A DNA stretch of 61,612 nucleotides, filler included. It is 3 parts of 3 records of this genome, joined end to end, with 100 filler letters (N's around TTAATTAATTAA, not from the genome) between each part and the next. Parts side by side here need not be neighbours in the genome. Positions count along the whole stretch, not along the records: positions 1 to 21,727 come from SRR22947727_729; 2 more parts are not named here. The stretch is one strand, 5' to 3'. Below are positions 9,264-20,534 of this stretch, piece by piece; the stretch's first letter is position 1; each line of letters begins with the position of its first letter. Under the pieces are notes generated by a model. That model saw only the letters and a program-made list of their open reading frames with translations, searched no databases and was not told the origin of the DNA. The position numbers and the translations under genes are program-made.

Positions 9264-11817
9264 CTTGATTCATTTCAATTTGTTCTGGTTCTACTATCTT
9301 GGCTAATCCTGATAGCTTTTCATCTTTGGTTAAGTTGATTAATGTCACACCTTGCGTTGCTCTTCCTAGCTCTCTAATTTCCGAAACACGGGTTCTTATT
9401 AAGACACCTCCCGTAGTAATTAACATAATTTCGTCAGAGTCACTGACTAATCTTGCTGCAACTACAATGCCATTTCGATCACTCACCTGAATAGCTTTTA
9501 CGCCTTGTGTTCCCCTTCCTGACTTTCTAAAGTCAGATAATACTGTTCTCTTGCCGTATCCATTTTCTGTTGCAACTAAAACAGATTCATCTTCCGAAGA
9601 TGCGATTAGAAGTGATAGCGCTTGATTTTCATCTGGGATTTTCATACCCCTAACACCTCTTGCATTTCTTCCCATACTTCTTACGCTATTTTCATCAAAC
9701 CATACTGCTTTACCACCATTAGAGACAAGCACTACATCGTTTTCACCATTTGTGATTTCAGCACCAATTAAATAATCTCCATTATCAAGTTTAATTGCGA
9801 TAATTCCATTTTTTCTAGGATTTGAAAAATCAGAAAGTGGCGTTTTCTTTACGGTTCCCTTAGAAGTTGCCATAAAAATAAATTTATCATCAACAAAGTC
9901 TTTAACCACTAGTGTTGCATTTATCTTTTCTCCAGGCATCAAGGGGAATAAATTTACAATTGGCTTACCTTTACTTATTCTGCTTCCCTGAGGTACTTCA
10001 TAAACTTTTAACCAATAAACCTGACCTCTGCTTGAAAAGCATAAGATGTTATCGTGGGTATTAGCAACGAACATCTGCTCAATAAAGTCATCTTCCTTAG
10101 CAGTCATGGCCTGCTTTCCTCGCCCACCCCTGCGTTGAGCTCTATACTCATCAAGCACTTGGGCTTTTATATAACCTGTATTAGAAATAGTAACGACTAA
10201 ATCTTGTGGCGTGATTAAATCTTCAATTGATAAGTCATTAGCATCTTCAACAATTTCACTTCTTCTCTCATCACCATATTGGGCTTTTATTTCATCAAGC
10301 TCTGTTTCAATTATTTTAGTTACTCTTTCAGCATTTTCTAATATATCTAAAAGGTCACTAATTACCTCAAGAATATTCTTATACTCGCTAACAATTTTTT
10401 CTTGCTCAAGGCCTGTTAATCTTTGTAATCTTAATTGAAGTATTTCTTGAGCTTGGTTATCAGAGAGCTTGTAGCCTTTTTCTGTAAGACCAAATTTATC
10501 AGACAAGCCATCGGGCTTTGAAAGGCCTGAAGAAGTTTTTTGGAGCATACCTTCAACTACTGTTGATTTCCATGTTTGCTTCATTAATTCAATTTTTGCT
10601 TCCGGAGGAGTCTTTGCGGATTTAATAATTTTAATCATTTCATCGACATTTTCTAATGCCACTGCCAAGCCCTCTAAAACATGACCTCGGTCCCTGGCTT
10701 TTTTTAAGTCATAAACAGTTCTTCGTGTAATAACTTCTCTTCTATGCCTTAGGAAAGCGTCAAGGATCTCTTTTAGATTAAGCAATTTTGGTTGGCCATC
10801 AATTAGGGCAACCATATTCATTCCAAAACTATCTTGAAGCTGAGTTTGTTTATATAAGTTATTCAGAACAACGTCTGGAATTTCTCCACGTTTTAACTCA
10901 ATAACCACTCTCATTCCAGATTTATCAGACTCATCCCTTAAATCAGAGATTCCATCAATTTTTTTACTATTAACAAGTTCAGCAATTTTTTCAATAAAGT
11001 TCTTCTTATTAACCTGGTATGGGAGTTCATCTACGATAATTGCTTCACGTTTTCCTCTATCAAGCTCTTCGGTATGAGTCCTTCCCCTCATTACAACCCT
11101 ACCACGCCCTGTCCTATATCCTTCTCTAACACCAGATATCCCATGGATTATGCCTGCTGTAGGAAAATCTGGAGCTGGTATTTTCTCAATAAGCTCGTCG
11201 ATAGTAATTTCAGGTTTCTTTAAAAGCTCTTGTAATCCATCAATCACCTCTGTTAGGTTATGTGGCGGGATATTTGTTGCCATACCAACGGCTATTCCAG
11301 AACTCCCATTGATAAGAAGGTTGGGAAGTTTTGTTGGCATAATAAGAGGTTCATGCTCTGAGCCATCATAATTCGGACCAAAATTAACTGTCTCTTTTTC
11401 TATATCAGATAATAATTCATGTGAAATTTTGGACATCCTAATTTCGGTATAACGCATTGCTGCAGCATTATCTCCATCAACAGAACCAAAATTTCCTTGC
11501 CCATCAATTAGCATATATCTAAGACTAAAATCTTGTGCCATCCTAACAATAGTGTCATAAACAGCTGTATCTCCATGTGGGTGATACTTACCAATTACAT
11601 CACCTACAATTCTTGCAGACTTTTTGTAGGGTCTATTAAAGCTATTACTTAGTTCGTGCATAGCATATAAAACACGTCTATGTACAGGTTTTAACCCATC
11701 CCTAACATCAGGTAAAGCTCGTCCAACGATTACGCTCATTGCGTAGTCGAGGTACGATTTTTTCATTTCTCCGTCGAGGCTTACCGGGATTGTTTCTTTT
11801 GCGAATTGATCATCCAT
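9247..11817 (-). CDS. gyrA: DNA gyrase subunit A
   Basis: [42 protein letters not shown], GyrA box QRRGGRG. Confidence 0.99.
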   Translation of the reverse strand: MDDQFAKETIPVSLDGEMKKSYLDYAMSVIVGRALPDVRDGLKPVHRRVLYAMHELSNSFNRPYKKSARIVGDVIGKYHPHGDTAVYDTIVRMAQDFSLRYMLIDGQGNFGSVDGDNAAAMRYTEIRMSKISHELLSDIEKETVNFGPNYDGSEHEPLIMPTKLPNLLINGSSGIAVGMATNIPPHNLTEVIDGLQELLKKPEITIDELIEKIPAPDFPTAGIIHGISGVREGYRTGRGRVVMRGRTHTEELDRGKREAIIVDELPYQVNKKNFIEKIAELVNSKKIDGISDLRDESDKSGMRVVIELKRGEIPDVVLNNLYKQTQLQDSFGMNMVALIDGQPKLLNLKEILDAFLRHRREVITRRTVYDLKKARDRGHVLEGLAVALENVDEMIKIIKSAKTPPEAKIELMKQTWKSTVVEGMLQKTSSGLSKPDGLSDKFGLTEKGYKLSDNQAQEILQLRLQRLTGLEQEKIVSEYKNILEVISDLLDILENAERVTKIIETELDEIKAQYGDERRSEIVEDANDLSIEDLITPQDLVVTISNTGYIKAQVLDEYRAQRRGGRGKQAMTAKEDDFIEQMFVANTHDNILCFSSRGQVYWLKVYEVPQGSRISKGKPIVNLFPLMPGEKINATLVVKDFVDDKFIFMATSKGTVKKTPLSDFSNPRKNGIIAIKLDNGDYLIGAEITNGENDVVLVSNGGKAVWFDENSVRSMGRNARGVRGMKIPDENQALSLLIASSEDESVLVATENGYGKRTVLSDFRKSGRGTQGVKAIQVSDRNGIVVAARLVSDSDEIMLITTGGVLIRTRVSEIRELGRATQGVTLINLTKDEKLSGLAKIVEPEQIEMNQDELPI

Positions 11818-11851
11818 AATTGATTATAAATTCTATGATTTAATTAGAAAT

Positions 11852-11860
11852 ATTTTACCA
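11852..11860 (-). promoter_or_regulatory. Candidate extended -10 promoter for the gyrA operon
   Basis: Minus strand TG-G-TAAAAT about 35 nt upstream of the gyrA ATG. Confidence 0.45.
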
Positions 11861-11901
11861 TGTATAGCAATGTTACTAAGTGCAAATTGTTAACTTAATA
11901 T

Positions 11902-13071
11902 CTAGTTAATGTCCGCTTTTATGTCATCAATATTTTCTAGGCCGACCGCAATTCTGATAAGGTTTTCAGTAATTCCTGCAAGATTTCTTTGTTCTTGATT
12001 TAGCCTTGAGTGTGTTGTTGTTGCTGGGTGAGTTATGGTCGATCTTGTATCACCTAAATTTGCTGTTATGGATAATAATTTAGTATTATTAATTAAATTC
12101 CATGCCTCTTCTTTTCCACCCTTAACCTTAAATGATACAATTCCTCCACCCGTGCTTTGTTGTTTTTTCGCCAGTTCAAACTGAGGATGTGAAGATAAGC
12201 CTGGGTAATAAACTTGATCAATTTTTTTATTTTTTTCCAACCAAACTGCTAATTTATTAGCATTATTTGAATGTGCATCCATTCTTATCTTGAGGGTTTC
12301 CAGGCCTTTTAGAAAAACCCATGCATTAAAAGGGCTCATTGATGTTCCACCTGACCTTAAAAAACCTCTTACTTTTTTCATTAGATCACGATTACCTAAA
12401 ACAGCTCCCCCAAGGCACCTGCCTTGTCCATCGAGAAACTTTGTTGCAGAGTGAATTATTATATCTGCCCCAAATCTAGTTGGAATTTGATGGGCAGGGG
12501 TACAAAAACAATTATCTACGACTAATAAACTTTTATTGTCATGGGCTAATTCTGCCAAAAATTTAATATCGCATATTTCCATGAGTGGATTTGAAGGGGT
12601 TTCAACAAAGAAAAGTTTTGTATTTTTCTTTAATGCGCTTTGCCATTCATCTTTATTTGTAAGAGAAACATAACTGACCTCTAAGCCCCATTCAGATAAG
12701 ATATTATCGAATAACTTAACGGTTGTACCAAATACATTTCTAGAAACAATTACATGATCCCCTGCCCTACATAAACTCATGATGCATGACAAAATTGCTG
12801 ACATCCCAGTTGAAGTGGCAACACATTCTTCAGTCTCTTCAAGGGCAGCCAATCTATCCTCAAACATCTTAACTGTGGGGTTTGTAAATCTAGAATAAAC
12901 ATTACCGCTTTCATGATCTAAGAATCTTTCTGCTGCTTGCTCTGCACTTTCGAAAATAAAACTTGAAGTTAAGTATAACGACTCAGAATGTTCACCTTGG
13001 CTTGAGCGGATTGTTCCTGCACGAACTGCATTTGTTTCAAATTTTGTACTAAGAGATTTTTTTTTATTCAT
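11902..13071 (-). CDS. metZ: O-succinylhomoserine sulfhydrylase (start revised to ATG 13071)
   Basis: YSRFTNPT, FVETPSNP, HSATKFLDGQG, TANLGDTRSTITHPATTTH; follows purF. AGGA SD precedes ATG 13071; the track's GTG 13131 lies inside the riboswitch. Confidence 0.93.
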   Translation of the reverse strand: MNKKKSLSTKFETNAVRAGTIRSSQGEHSESLYLTSSFIFESAEQAAERFLDHESGNVYSRFTNPTVKMFEDRLAALEETEECVATSTGMSAILSCIMSLCRAGDHVIVSRNVFGTTVKLFDNILSEWGLEVSYVSLTNKDEWQSALKKNTKLFFVETPSNPLMEICDIKFLAELAHDNKSLLVVDNCFCTPAHQIPTRFGADIIIHSATKFLDGQGRCLGGAVLGNRDLMKKVRGFLRSGGTSMSPFNAWVFLKGLETLKIRMDAHSNNANKLAVWLEKNKKIDQVYYPGLSSHPQFELAKKQQSTGGGIVSFKVKGGKEEAWNLINNTKLLSITANLGDTRSTITHPATTTHSRLNQEQRNLAGITENLIRIAVGLENIDDIKADIN

Positions 13072-13076
13072 TATTT

Positions 13077-13134
13077 TCCTTTTTAGCTTCCTTTTTTTAT
13101 GTACGGGTGGAGCAAGTTGGACTAAATTCACCCA
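13077..13134 (-). ncRNA. SAM-II (SAM-II/SAM-V clan) riboswitch, translational type
   Basis: Minus strand TGGGTG-AATTT-AGTCC-AAC-TTGCTC-CACCCG-TACATAAAAAAA-GGAAGCTAAAAAGGA. Shows P1 GGGTG/CACCC, UUU loop, UUGC pairing with GCUAA, and UCC pairing with the SD GGA; directly upstream of a methionine biosynthesis gene. Confidence 0.8.
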
Positions 13135-13179
13135 AAAATTAGTAAAAGATTACATTCCTTTACTTAAGTTTTTTTTAAA

Positions 13180-13209
13180 ATTATACAGTCATACAAAAGA
13201 CATTAGCAA
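13180..13209 (-). promoter_or_regulatory. Candidate sigma70 promoter for metZ
   Basis: Minus strand TTGCTA (13209-13204), 18-nt spacer, TATAAT (13185-13180), upstream of the riboswitch. Confidence 0.5.
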
Positions 13210-13216
13210 GAAATGA

Positions 13217-14746
13217 TTATGCATGTTCCTCTTCTGTATGGTCTAACATTAAGTCGAGTTGTGAAGAACTTTTTGATGGTTCTTGTATATTTTCATCTGA
13301 CCTTAGCATTTCTATTCTATTTAAATAAGCATCATCAATATCATCAGTAATGTACTTACCATCAAAGCATGAACAATCAAAATCATCCATAATATTTCCC
13401 TCTTGGAGAATATTCTTTTTTAATTCTTCAAGATCTTGATAGATTAGTGCGTCAGCGCCAATCTCTTTACGTATTTGCTCGTCATCTTTATTAAAAGCAA
13501 CCAACTCATCTCTTGACGGCATATCAATTCCATAAACGTTTGGATATCTAACCGGGGGTGCTGCAGATGCAAAATATACATTTTTTGCTCCAGCATCTCT
13601 TGCCATCTGGATAATTTCTTTTGAGGTAGTGCCCCTAACAATTGAATCATCTATTAAAAGAACATTTTTGTTTTGAAACTCAATTTTGATAGGGTTTAGT
13701 TTTTGACGAACAGATTTTTTTCTAAGTTCTTGACCAGGCATAATAAATGTTCTTCCTATGTATCTATTCTTGATAAAACCTTCTCTGAATTCTGCATTAA
13801 GCATTAATGCAACCTCATGCGCACTAGGTCTACTTGTATCAGGAATTGGTATAACGACATCTATATCTAGATCTGACCATTCTGTTTTAATTTTTTTTGC
13901 CAGTGATCTACCCATATTTAATCTGGTTTGATAAACAGAAATATTATCTATCATCGAGTCTGGTCGAGCTAAATATACATATTCAAAAATACATGGCGCT
14001 CTTTTAACTGTTTTACTACAAACCTTTGAGTAAAAATTACCTTCTAGATCGATAAATACAGCCTCACCCGGCTCTACATCCCGAAGTAACTTAAAGCCTA
14101 AAATATCAAGCGCAACTGTTTCAGATGCAACTACATACTCAGGACCATCTTCAGATTGTCTTACCCCAACAACTAAAGGTCTGATTCCATGGGGATCTCT
14201 AAAAGCGAGTAGCCCAAAATTATTTATCATCGAGACTACTGCGTAGGCACCTTTGCACCTTTTATAAACTGAACTTACAGAATCAAAAATAATATCTGAC
14301 GTAAGGACGTTTTTATTTGACGATTTTTCTATAGCATCAGCTAAGACATTTAACAAAACCTCTGAGTCAGAGTTTGTATTAATATGCCTCAAATCTTGCT
14401 TAAACATATCCCCCTTTAATTTTTCAGAATTAGTTAAGTTGCCGTTATGCCCTAAGACTAATCCATAAGGAGAATTTACATAAAAGGGTTGTGCTTCTGC
14501 TGCAGATGATGAGCCTGCAGTTGGGTATCTGACATGGCCTATGCCGATATTTCCTGATAAATGCCGCATATGCCTTGTATGGAACACATCTTTCACAAGA
14601 CCATTATTCTTATACATCTTAATTCTACCGTTATCACAGGTTGCAATACCGGCTGCATCTTGACCTCTATGCTGCAGAACTAATAGTCCATCATAGAGCA
14701 TTTGATTGACTGGGCTATTTGAAACTATTCCAATTATCCCACACAT
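13217..14746 (-). CDS. purF: Amidophosphoribosyltransferase
   Basis: MCGI N-terminus, LQHRGQDAAG, GHVRYPTAG, PRPP-binding DDSIVRGTTS. Confidence 0.98.
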   Translation of the reverse strand: MCGIIGIVSNSPVNQMLYDGLLVLQHRGQDAAGIATCDNGRIKMYKNNGLVKDVFHTRHMRHLSGNIGIGHVRYPTAGSSSAAEAQPFYVNSPYGLVLGHNGNLTNSEKLKGDMFKQDLRHINTNSDSEVLLNVLADAIEKSSNKNVLTSDIIFDSVSSVYKRCKGAYAVVSMINNFGLLAFRDPHGIRPLVVGVRQSEDGPEYVVASETVALDILGFKLLRDVEPGEAVFIDLEGNFYSKVCSKTVKRAPCIFEYVYLARPDSMIDNISVYQTRLNMGRSLAKKIKTEWSDLDIDVVIPIPDTSRPSAHEVALMLNAEFREGFIKNRYIGRTFIMPGQELRKKSVRQKLNPIKIEFQNKNVLLIDDSIVRGTTSKEIIQMARDAGAKNVYFASAAPPVRYPNVYGIDMPSRDELVAFNKDDEQIRKEIGADALIYQDLEELKKNILQEGNIMDDFDCSCFDGKYITDDIDDAYLNRIEMLRSDENIQEPSKSSSQLDLMLDHTEEEHA

Positions 14747-14757
14747 ATATATCTCAT

Positions 14758-15258
14758 CTAAGTAGAAATTTCCTCATATTTTACATTGTTAAGCCAGTCC
14801 TGGGGTAAATATGGAAATGTTTTTTCAGCTAAGAGTTTAATAAGAGTAACTGAATTGGAGTTCTGCCAAGACTCATCTTCCGCAAAAGAAGTTTTTTCGA
14901 TTATAAAAATCAAAAAATAAACAAGAATGACGCCTCTTAAGATACCAAAAAAACCTCCAAGAATTATATTTGATGCCCCCAAACCAATTGAGTGCACAAA
15001 AGAACTTATAAACTTAATGGCTATCGATGAAAAAATTAAAACCAAAACAAAGATAATTACAAAGCTAATAATATATTTTATGGAAAATTCCACTTCGAAA
15101 GGAAGCATCACAGCAACACTGGATGTTAGGTAATATGATATAAAAAAAGCTATTACCCATGCAATAACACTTAATAGCTCTTTGACAAAACCTCTAAAAA
15201 ATCCAAATATTAAGGAAGTAAATAAGATAAAAATTACAAAAATATCAACTAATGACAT
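14758..15258 (-). CDS. cvpA: CvpA-family membrane protein
   Basis: GFFRGFVKELLS motif, hydrophobic, directly upstream of purF. Confidence 0.92.
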   Translation of the reverse strand: MSLVDIFVIFILFTSLIFGFFRGFVKELLSVIAWVIAFFISYYLTSSVAVMLPFEVEFSIKYIISFVIIFVLVLIFSSIAIKFISSFVHSIGLGASNIILGGFFGILRGVILVYFLIFIIEKTSFAEDESWQNSNSVTLIKLLAEKTFPYLPQDWLNNVKYEEIST

Positions 15259-15262
15259 AAAT

Positions 15263-15766
15263 TTATTGCAACTCTCTTACGAAGCCTGATAAATTTGCTT
15301 TCTTAATTTCCTGAAGAATTAAACGAGCTTGTTTTTCACTTGAAAAAAATTCTGTCGTTAATCTTATTTTATCTTCGTTATCAATTTTTATAAGCTGCGT
15401 ATTAGTTTTATAACCCATTAAATGAATTTTATTTTTGACTTTTTTCATATTTAACTCATCCGAAAAAATACCTAGCTGAACGGTAAAGCCTTTTTTTTTT
15501 GATACATCTTGATCAGCATCTAATTCTTCATTTAAAAAAGCTGTTGCAATTTTATCCTCATTTATTTTTTTTCCTAAGGCTAAATATGATGACTTAGTCT
15601 CTAAAAAAGAAATTTTTGGATTACTTTTAATTGCTTCAGTTTTAGTTTTCACGAAAAAGATAGACAAAGAAAATAAAATTAAAAGAATTATTATTGCTCC
15701 AACAAGCCTTCTTTTAGCTCTTTTAATTAAAAGTTGATTATTTAATGAATCTTTTGAATTTGACAT
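15263..15766 (-). CDS. dedD: SPOR-domain cell division protein, DedD-like (short)
   Basis: KRAKRRLVGAI + TM helix, FTVQLGIFS SPOR motif, folC-dedD-cvpA synteny. Confidence 0.8.
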   Translation of the reverse strand: MSNSKDSLNNQLLIKRAKRRLVGAIIILLILFSLSIFFVKTKTEAIKSNPKISFLETKSSYLALGKKINEDKIATAFLNEELDADQDVSKKKGFTVQLGIFSDELNMKKVKNKIHLMGYKTNTQLIKIDNEDKIRLTTEFFSSEKQARLILQEIKKANLSGFVRELQ

Positions 15767-17040
15767 ATTGAAGTATCTTCTAAAATTTCACTTACAACAA
15801 AAAAGGAACCAAACGCTAATATATTATCATCATCGTCACTATTTTTGTATGCTGCTGAAAAGGCTTCTTGTGTTGTACTGAATGTTTTGTAAGCGACATG
15901 TTTTCTTTGGTTCGTTAATTTTAAGATTATTTCTTCAGATTTAAAAGCTCTTTGGGAATTTAACTCTGATATATACCACTCATCTACATAATCAATAAAC
16001 TGATTTGTAATATCAATAATATCTTTGCCTTCAAGTAAAGAAAAAATACAGCGCACCTTACCCTTCTGTCGCTTTTCTCTAAAAAAAGTGTTTAATGATT
16101 CAGCAGATTCTTTGTTATGTGCAACATCTAAAATTATTAACGGCTTATTTTTTAATATCTGCATTCTTCCAGTGATATTTGTTTCCTCTATTGCTTTTTT
16201 TAAAATATTCACCTTAACAGGGAAGGCATCAAACATAAGCTCAACAATTCGAAGGGCTCCAGATAGGTTTTGAAGTTGTTTCTTTCCATTTAATTTTGGT
16301 CGGGGAAGGCCTATAAAATTTTGCTTTTGACCAAAAAAATTTAATTTTGAATTATCTTCAACAATTTGATAATCATTGTTAATTTCTGAGACAATAGCTT
16401 TTGAGTTGCTCTTAAAATCTTTAATAAATGCTTCATCAGAATAAAAATTTATAATGGCATCTTTATGCTCCCTAAAAATGCCTGACTTTTCTTTAAAAAT
16501 TTTTTCTAATGAGTCTCCTAAAAATTCTTGGTGATCCAGGGCTATAGAGGAAATGATAGAAACTTCAGGGTCAAAAATATTCACTGCGTCCAGCCTGCCT
16601 CCTAAGCCTACTTCCATTATCGCAATATCAATGTCTTCGCTTGAAAATATCAAAATAGCTGCCAATGTAGTCATTTCAAAATAAGTGAGAGGTATATCTT
16701 TTCGTGCTTTATTAACCTTAAAAAGCGCGTCAACAATGACTTCATCAGAACAAGAAGTTTTTTTAATTCTGATCCTCTCATTAAATTTAAAAAAATGCGG
16801 AGATGTGTAACAAGCAACTTTGAAATGTGCATTATGGTATATAGATTCTAGGAAAGCGCAAGTAGAGCCTTTGCCATTTGTTCCGGCAACCATAATGACC
16901 GGAAAGCTTTGTTCAATTTCTAGATTTTTATAAACTCGACGGACTCTATCAAGGCCTAATTCGATTTCCTTTGGAGTAATAAAATCTATGTACTCCAGCC
17001 ACTCATCAATAGAGTTAGAACGATTTAAGCCGTCTTTCAC
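15742..17040 (-). CDS. folC: Folylpolyglutamate synthase/dihydrofolate synthase
   Basis: VAGTNGKGST, YTSPH, EVGLGGRLDA, LDVAHN and FGSF motifs. Confidence 0.96.
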   Translation of the reverse strand: MKDGLNRSNSIDEWLEYIDFITPKEIELGLDRVRRVYKNLEIEQSFPVIMVAGTNGKGSTCAFLESIYHNAHFKVACYTSPHFFKFNERIRIKKTSCSDEVIVDALFKVNKARKDIPLTYFEMTTLAAILIFSSEDIDIAIMEVGLGGRLDAVNIFDPEVSIISSIALDHQEFLGDSLEKIFKEKSGIFREHKDAIINFYSDEAFIKDFKSNSKAIVSEINNDYQIVEDNSKLNFFGQKQNFIGLPRPKLNGKKQLQNLSGALRIVELMFDAFPVKVNILKKAIEETNITGRMQILKNKPLIILDVAHNKESAESLNTFFREKRQKGKVRCIFSLLEGKDIIDITNQFIDYVDEWYISELNSQRAFKSEEIILKLTNQRKHVAYKTFSTTQEAFSAAYKNSDDDDNILAFGSFFVVSEILEDTSICQIQKIH

Positions 17041-17041
17041 T

Positions 17042-17893
17042 TCAATTTTTTAGGTTTACAATAAGATCGGTCAATGTTTTTCTTAATTGCCTCCTATCTA
17101 CTATCATATCTATTGCACCATGAGTTAATAAAAATTCAGAAGTTTGAAACCCTTCGGGCAACTTTTCTCTGACGGTTTGTTCTATAACCCTTGGGCCTGC
17201 AAAACCAATTAATGCTTTAGGTTCAGCAATAATAATATCTCCAAGCATTGCAAAGCTTGCTGAAACACCACCCATTGTTGGGTCAGTTAAAACTGAGATA
17301 AATGGTTGTTTGATAGCGCTCAATTTTGTTAATGAAGCACTAGTTTTGGCCATTTGAAATAAGGATATAAGCCCTTCTTGCATCCTGGCTCCCCCACTTG
17401 CAGAAACGCAAATAAAAGGGCATTTTAATTTGACAGCAGTGTTTACGGCATCGACAAACTTTTCACCCACAACAGATCCCATTGATCCACCCATAAATTT
17501 AAATTCGAAGCATGCGATAACTACATCTAAAGACTCCAAGTGGCCCCTCATGGTAACTAATGCATCATTCTCATCAGTGCTTTTCTGTGATGATTTAATT
17601 CTTTCTTTGTAAGGTTTAGAATCTTTGAAACCAAGTGGATCAGTTGGTTTGATGTCCTTACCTAACTCAATCTGATCAGGGGTATCTAGAAGCAGGCTAA
17701 TTCTTTTTCTTGCATCAATTCGATGGTGAAAATTACAATTAGGGCATACATAGTTATTTCTTTCTAAATCAGTCCCATAAAGAACTGTCTGGCATGAGGG
17801 ACATTTTTGCCATAATCCCTCTGGAATATTTTTTTTCACCCTTCCAAGGATATTTTTAATTTTAGGGGGAATCGCTTTTTTTAACCAACTCAT
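17042..17893 (-). CDS. accD: Acetyl-CoA carboxylase carboxyltransferase beta subunit
   Basis: Zn finger CPSC...[36 protein letters not shown]. Confidence 0.97.
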   Translation of the reverse strand: MSWLKKAIPPKIKNILGRVKKNIPEGLWQKCPSCQTVLYGTDLERNNYVCPNCNFHHRIDARKRISLLLDTPDQIELGKDIKPTDPLGFKDSKPYKERIKSSQKSTDENDALVTMRGHLESLDVVIACFEFKFMGGSMGSVVGEKFVDAVNTAVKLKCPFICVSASGGARMQEGLISLFQMAKTSASLTKLSAIKQPFISVLTDPTMGGVSASFAMLGDIIIAEPKALIGFAGPRVIEQTVREKLPEGFQTSEFLLTHGAIDMIVDRRQLRKTLTDLIVNLKN

Positions 17894-17896
17894 AAA

Positions 17897-18706
17897 TTAT
17901 TGAGCTTTCGATGAATCAATTGCATTTTTCATACTCTCAACTAATTTTTTTACGTTTGAAAATATATGATTTTTTTCTGATACTTCAATCTCTTTGACAA
18001 TTCTACTTCCGATAACAACGGCATCTGAAATTTCTGCAACTGATTTTGCTGTATCCGCATCTCTTACTCCAAAACCAACCGCAACTGGTAAATCAGAGTA
18101 TTTTTTTATGTTATTTACTTTCTCAGAGACTTGTTTAATGTCAATGTTAGCTGCGCCTGTTACGCCTTTTAGAGAGACGTAGTATAAAAAACCTGAAGCC
18201 TGTTCAGCGATTAATTTAATTCTCTCATCTTCAGTTGTTGGTGATAATAAAAAAATACTGTCAATCTTTTGTTCATTTAGTTTTTTTACAAATTCTCTCG
18301 ATTCTTCAGGTGGGTAATCAACAGTAATAACTCCATCAATTTGCGCTTCCTTTATTAACTGAATAAAATTTTCTACACCGATGGCCTCAATAGGGTTTGC
18401 ATATCCCATTAGAATTAAAGGTGTTTCTTTATTAGTTTTTCTGAAATCTTTTGCAAGTTTTATTGTATCTTTAATGCCAACTTTATTGTTAAGTGCACGT
18501 TCGCTAGCCCTCTGAATAACTGGTCCATCCGCCATTGGGTCAGAAAAAGGGATGCCCAGCTCGATCATATCAGCACCATTTTCAACCAATGTATCCATTA
18601 ATTGAACAGTGTCCTTTGGGTGAGGGTCACCTGCAGTAATAAATGGAATTAATGCACTTTTATTAGCCTCTTTTAATTTCTCAAATGTAACTTTTATTTT
18701 TGACAT
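17897..18706 (-). CDS. trpA: Tryptophan synthase alpha subunit
   Basis: PFITAGDP, ELGIPFSDPMADGPVIQ, YYVSLKGVTG and VGFG motifs. Confidence 0.97.
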   Translation of the reverse strand: MSKIKVTFEKLKEANKSALIPFITAGDPHPKDTVQLMDTLVENGADMIELGIPFSDPMADGPVIQRASERALNNKVGIKDTIKLAKDFRKTNKETPLILMGYANPIEAIGVENFIQLIKEAQIDGVITVDYPPEESREFVKKLNEQKIDSIFLLSPTTEDERIKLIAEQASGFLYYVSLKGVTGAANIDIKQVSEKVNNIKKYSDLPVAVGFGVRDADTAKSVAEISDAVVIGSRIVKEIEVSEKNHIFSNVKKLVESMKNAIDSSKAQ

Positions 18707-18708
18707 AT

Positions 18709-19911
18709 CTACAAGGAAATTCCTGAAATATTTGCCACTGTATTGATATCTTTATCTCCTCTTCCAGATAAATTTACTAAGATAACCTCTTCTGAAGACA
18801 TTTGAGAGGCTAATTTTTGCGCATAGGCAAGAGCATGACTTGTCTCTAATGCTGGAATAATTCCCTCAACTTTGCATAAATTATGAAATGCTTCCAATGC
18901 CTCATCATCTTTTATTGCCACGTAACTCGCTCTTCCTGAATCCTTTAACCAAGAATGTTCAGGGCCAACACCCGGATAATCAAGACCTGCAGATACAGAG
19001 TGTGTCTCGATGATTTGTCCTTCTGCATTTTGCATGAGATATGTTCTATTTCCATGAAGGACACCTATTTTACTGTTAGATGTTAAAGGAGCTGCATGCT
19101 TTCCTGTCTCTATTCCCTCTCCTGCAGCCTCTACACCAATTAACTTTACATCTTTATGTTCAATGTATGGATAAAAAATACCCATAGCATTTGAGCCACC
19201 TCCAACACAGGCGACAACTGCATCAGGTTGTTTATTTGCAATTTCTGGCATTTGCTCCAAACATTCTTTACCTACAACAGAATTAAAATCTCTAACCATC
19301 ATTGGATAAGGATGAGGTCCGGCTACAGTGCCGATAATATAAAAGGTATTTGATACATTGGTAACCCAATCCCTTAAAGCTTCATTTAATGCGTCTTTGA
19401 GTGTTTTTGATCCACTTTCTACTGGAACAACAGTAGCCCCTAAGAGTTTCATCCTATAAACATTAGGGGATTGCCTTTTGACGTCCTCAGACCCCATATA
19501 CACAACACATTCCAACCCTAACCTAGCAGCAATTGTAGCCGTCGCAACGCCATGCTGACCTGCCCCTGTCTCTGCAATAACTCTCGGTTTTCCCATTTTT
19601 TTTGCTAGCAAGGCTTGTCCAACAGTATTATTTACTTTGTGAGCACCTGTATGGTTAAGATCTTCTCTTTTAAGAAATATTTTAGCTCCTCCACTTTGCT
19701 TGGTAAGTCTTTCTGCAAAATAGATAGGGCTTGGTCTTCCCACAAAATGCTTTAAATCACTATGAAATTCAGCCAAAAACTCGGGGTCATCTTTATATTT
19801 TGTATACATTTCTCTGAGTTCATCTAAGGCCTCTATGAGCGTTTCAGCGACGAAGGTACCACCAAATTGTCCAAAGTGGCCAAATTCATCGGGTAAATCA
19901 TAAGGTTGCAT
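18709..19911 (-). CDS. trpB: Tryptophan synthase beta subunit
   Basis: [24 protein letters not shown] and [13 protein letters not shown] motifs. Confidence 0.98.
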   Translation of the reverse strand: MQPYDLPDEFGHFGQFGGTFVAETLIEALDELREMYTKYKDDPEFLAEFHSDLKHFVGRPSPIYFAERLTKQSGGAKIFLKREDLNHTGAHKVNNTVGQALLAKKMGKPRVIAETGAGQHGVATATIAARLGLECVVYMGSEDVKRQSPNVYRMKLLGATVVPVESGSKTLKDALNEALRDWVTNVSNTFYIIGTVAGPHPYPMMVRDFNSVVGKECLEQMPEIANKQPDAVVACVGGGSNAMGIFYPYIEHKDVKLIGVEAAGEGIETGKHAAPLTSNSKIGVLHGNRTYLMQNAEGQIIETHSVSAGLDYPGVGPEHSWLKDSGRASYVAIKDDEALEAFHNLCKVEGIIPALETSHALAYAQKLASQMSSEEVILVNLSGRGDKDINTVANISGISL

Positions 19912-20521
19912 TGTGTACTCCCACCATAAATTTCTTCATTTTTTCTCTATCCTTAATACCTTTCTTAATTTCAACTCCACCACTAACATCAACACAAAAA
20001 GGATTCGCTAATTTAATCAAAGTATCCACATTGTCTGGATTTAATCCACCTGCAACAATTAAGGGTACTGAAAAATTTTTGGGGATTTTTTCCCAATCAA
20101 AAACTTCGCCTGTGCCGCCTTTAAGTTCTCTACTAAAAGTGTCTAGCAAAAGGGCAGATGCTGAATTATATTTATTAGAGTATTCTATCAAATTTATGTT
20201 GTCTTTCATTGAAATAGATTTGATATAAGGCAAATTAAACTGATTGCAATACTCCTCTGATTCATCTCCATGAAATTGTAAAAGATTTATTTTTGATCTA
20301 TTAATTGAGTCTTTTACGAAACTATCTTTAGCATTAACAAACAAACCTACCCTTAAGATAAAAGGATGAAGGCATGATGATATTTGTCCAACCAATTCTG
20401 GGTCAATGAACCTTGGGCTTTCTTCATAAAAGACAAAGCCTAATGCATCAACTCCTAGGCCTGATGCAAAAACTGCATCAGATTTTGTTGTTATCCCACA
20501 AATTTTTACTCTAGTTCTCAA
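19898..20521 (-). CDS. trpF: Phosphoribosylanthranilate isomerase
   Basis: [28 protein letters not shown] and DVSGGVE motifs. Confidence 0.96.
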   Translation of the reverse strand: MRTRVKICGITTKSDAVFASGLGVDALGFVFYEESPRFIDPELVGQISSCLHPFILRVGLFVNAKDSFVKDSINRSKINLLQFHGDESEEYCNQFNLPYIKSISMKDNINLIEYSNKYNSASALLLDTFSRELKGGTGEVFDWEKIPKNFSVPLIVAGGLNPDNVDTLIKLANPFCVDVSGGVEIKKGIKDREKMKKFMVGVHNATL

Positions 20522-20534
20522 TGTTTTTTACAAG

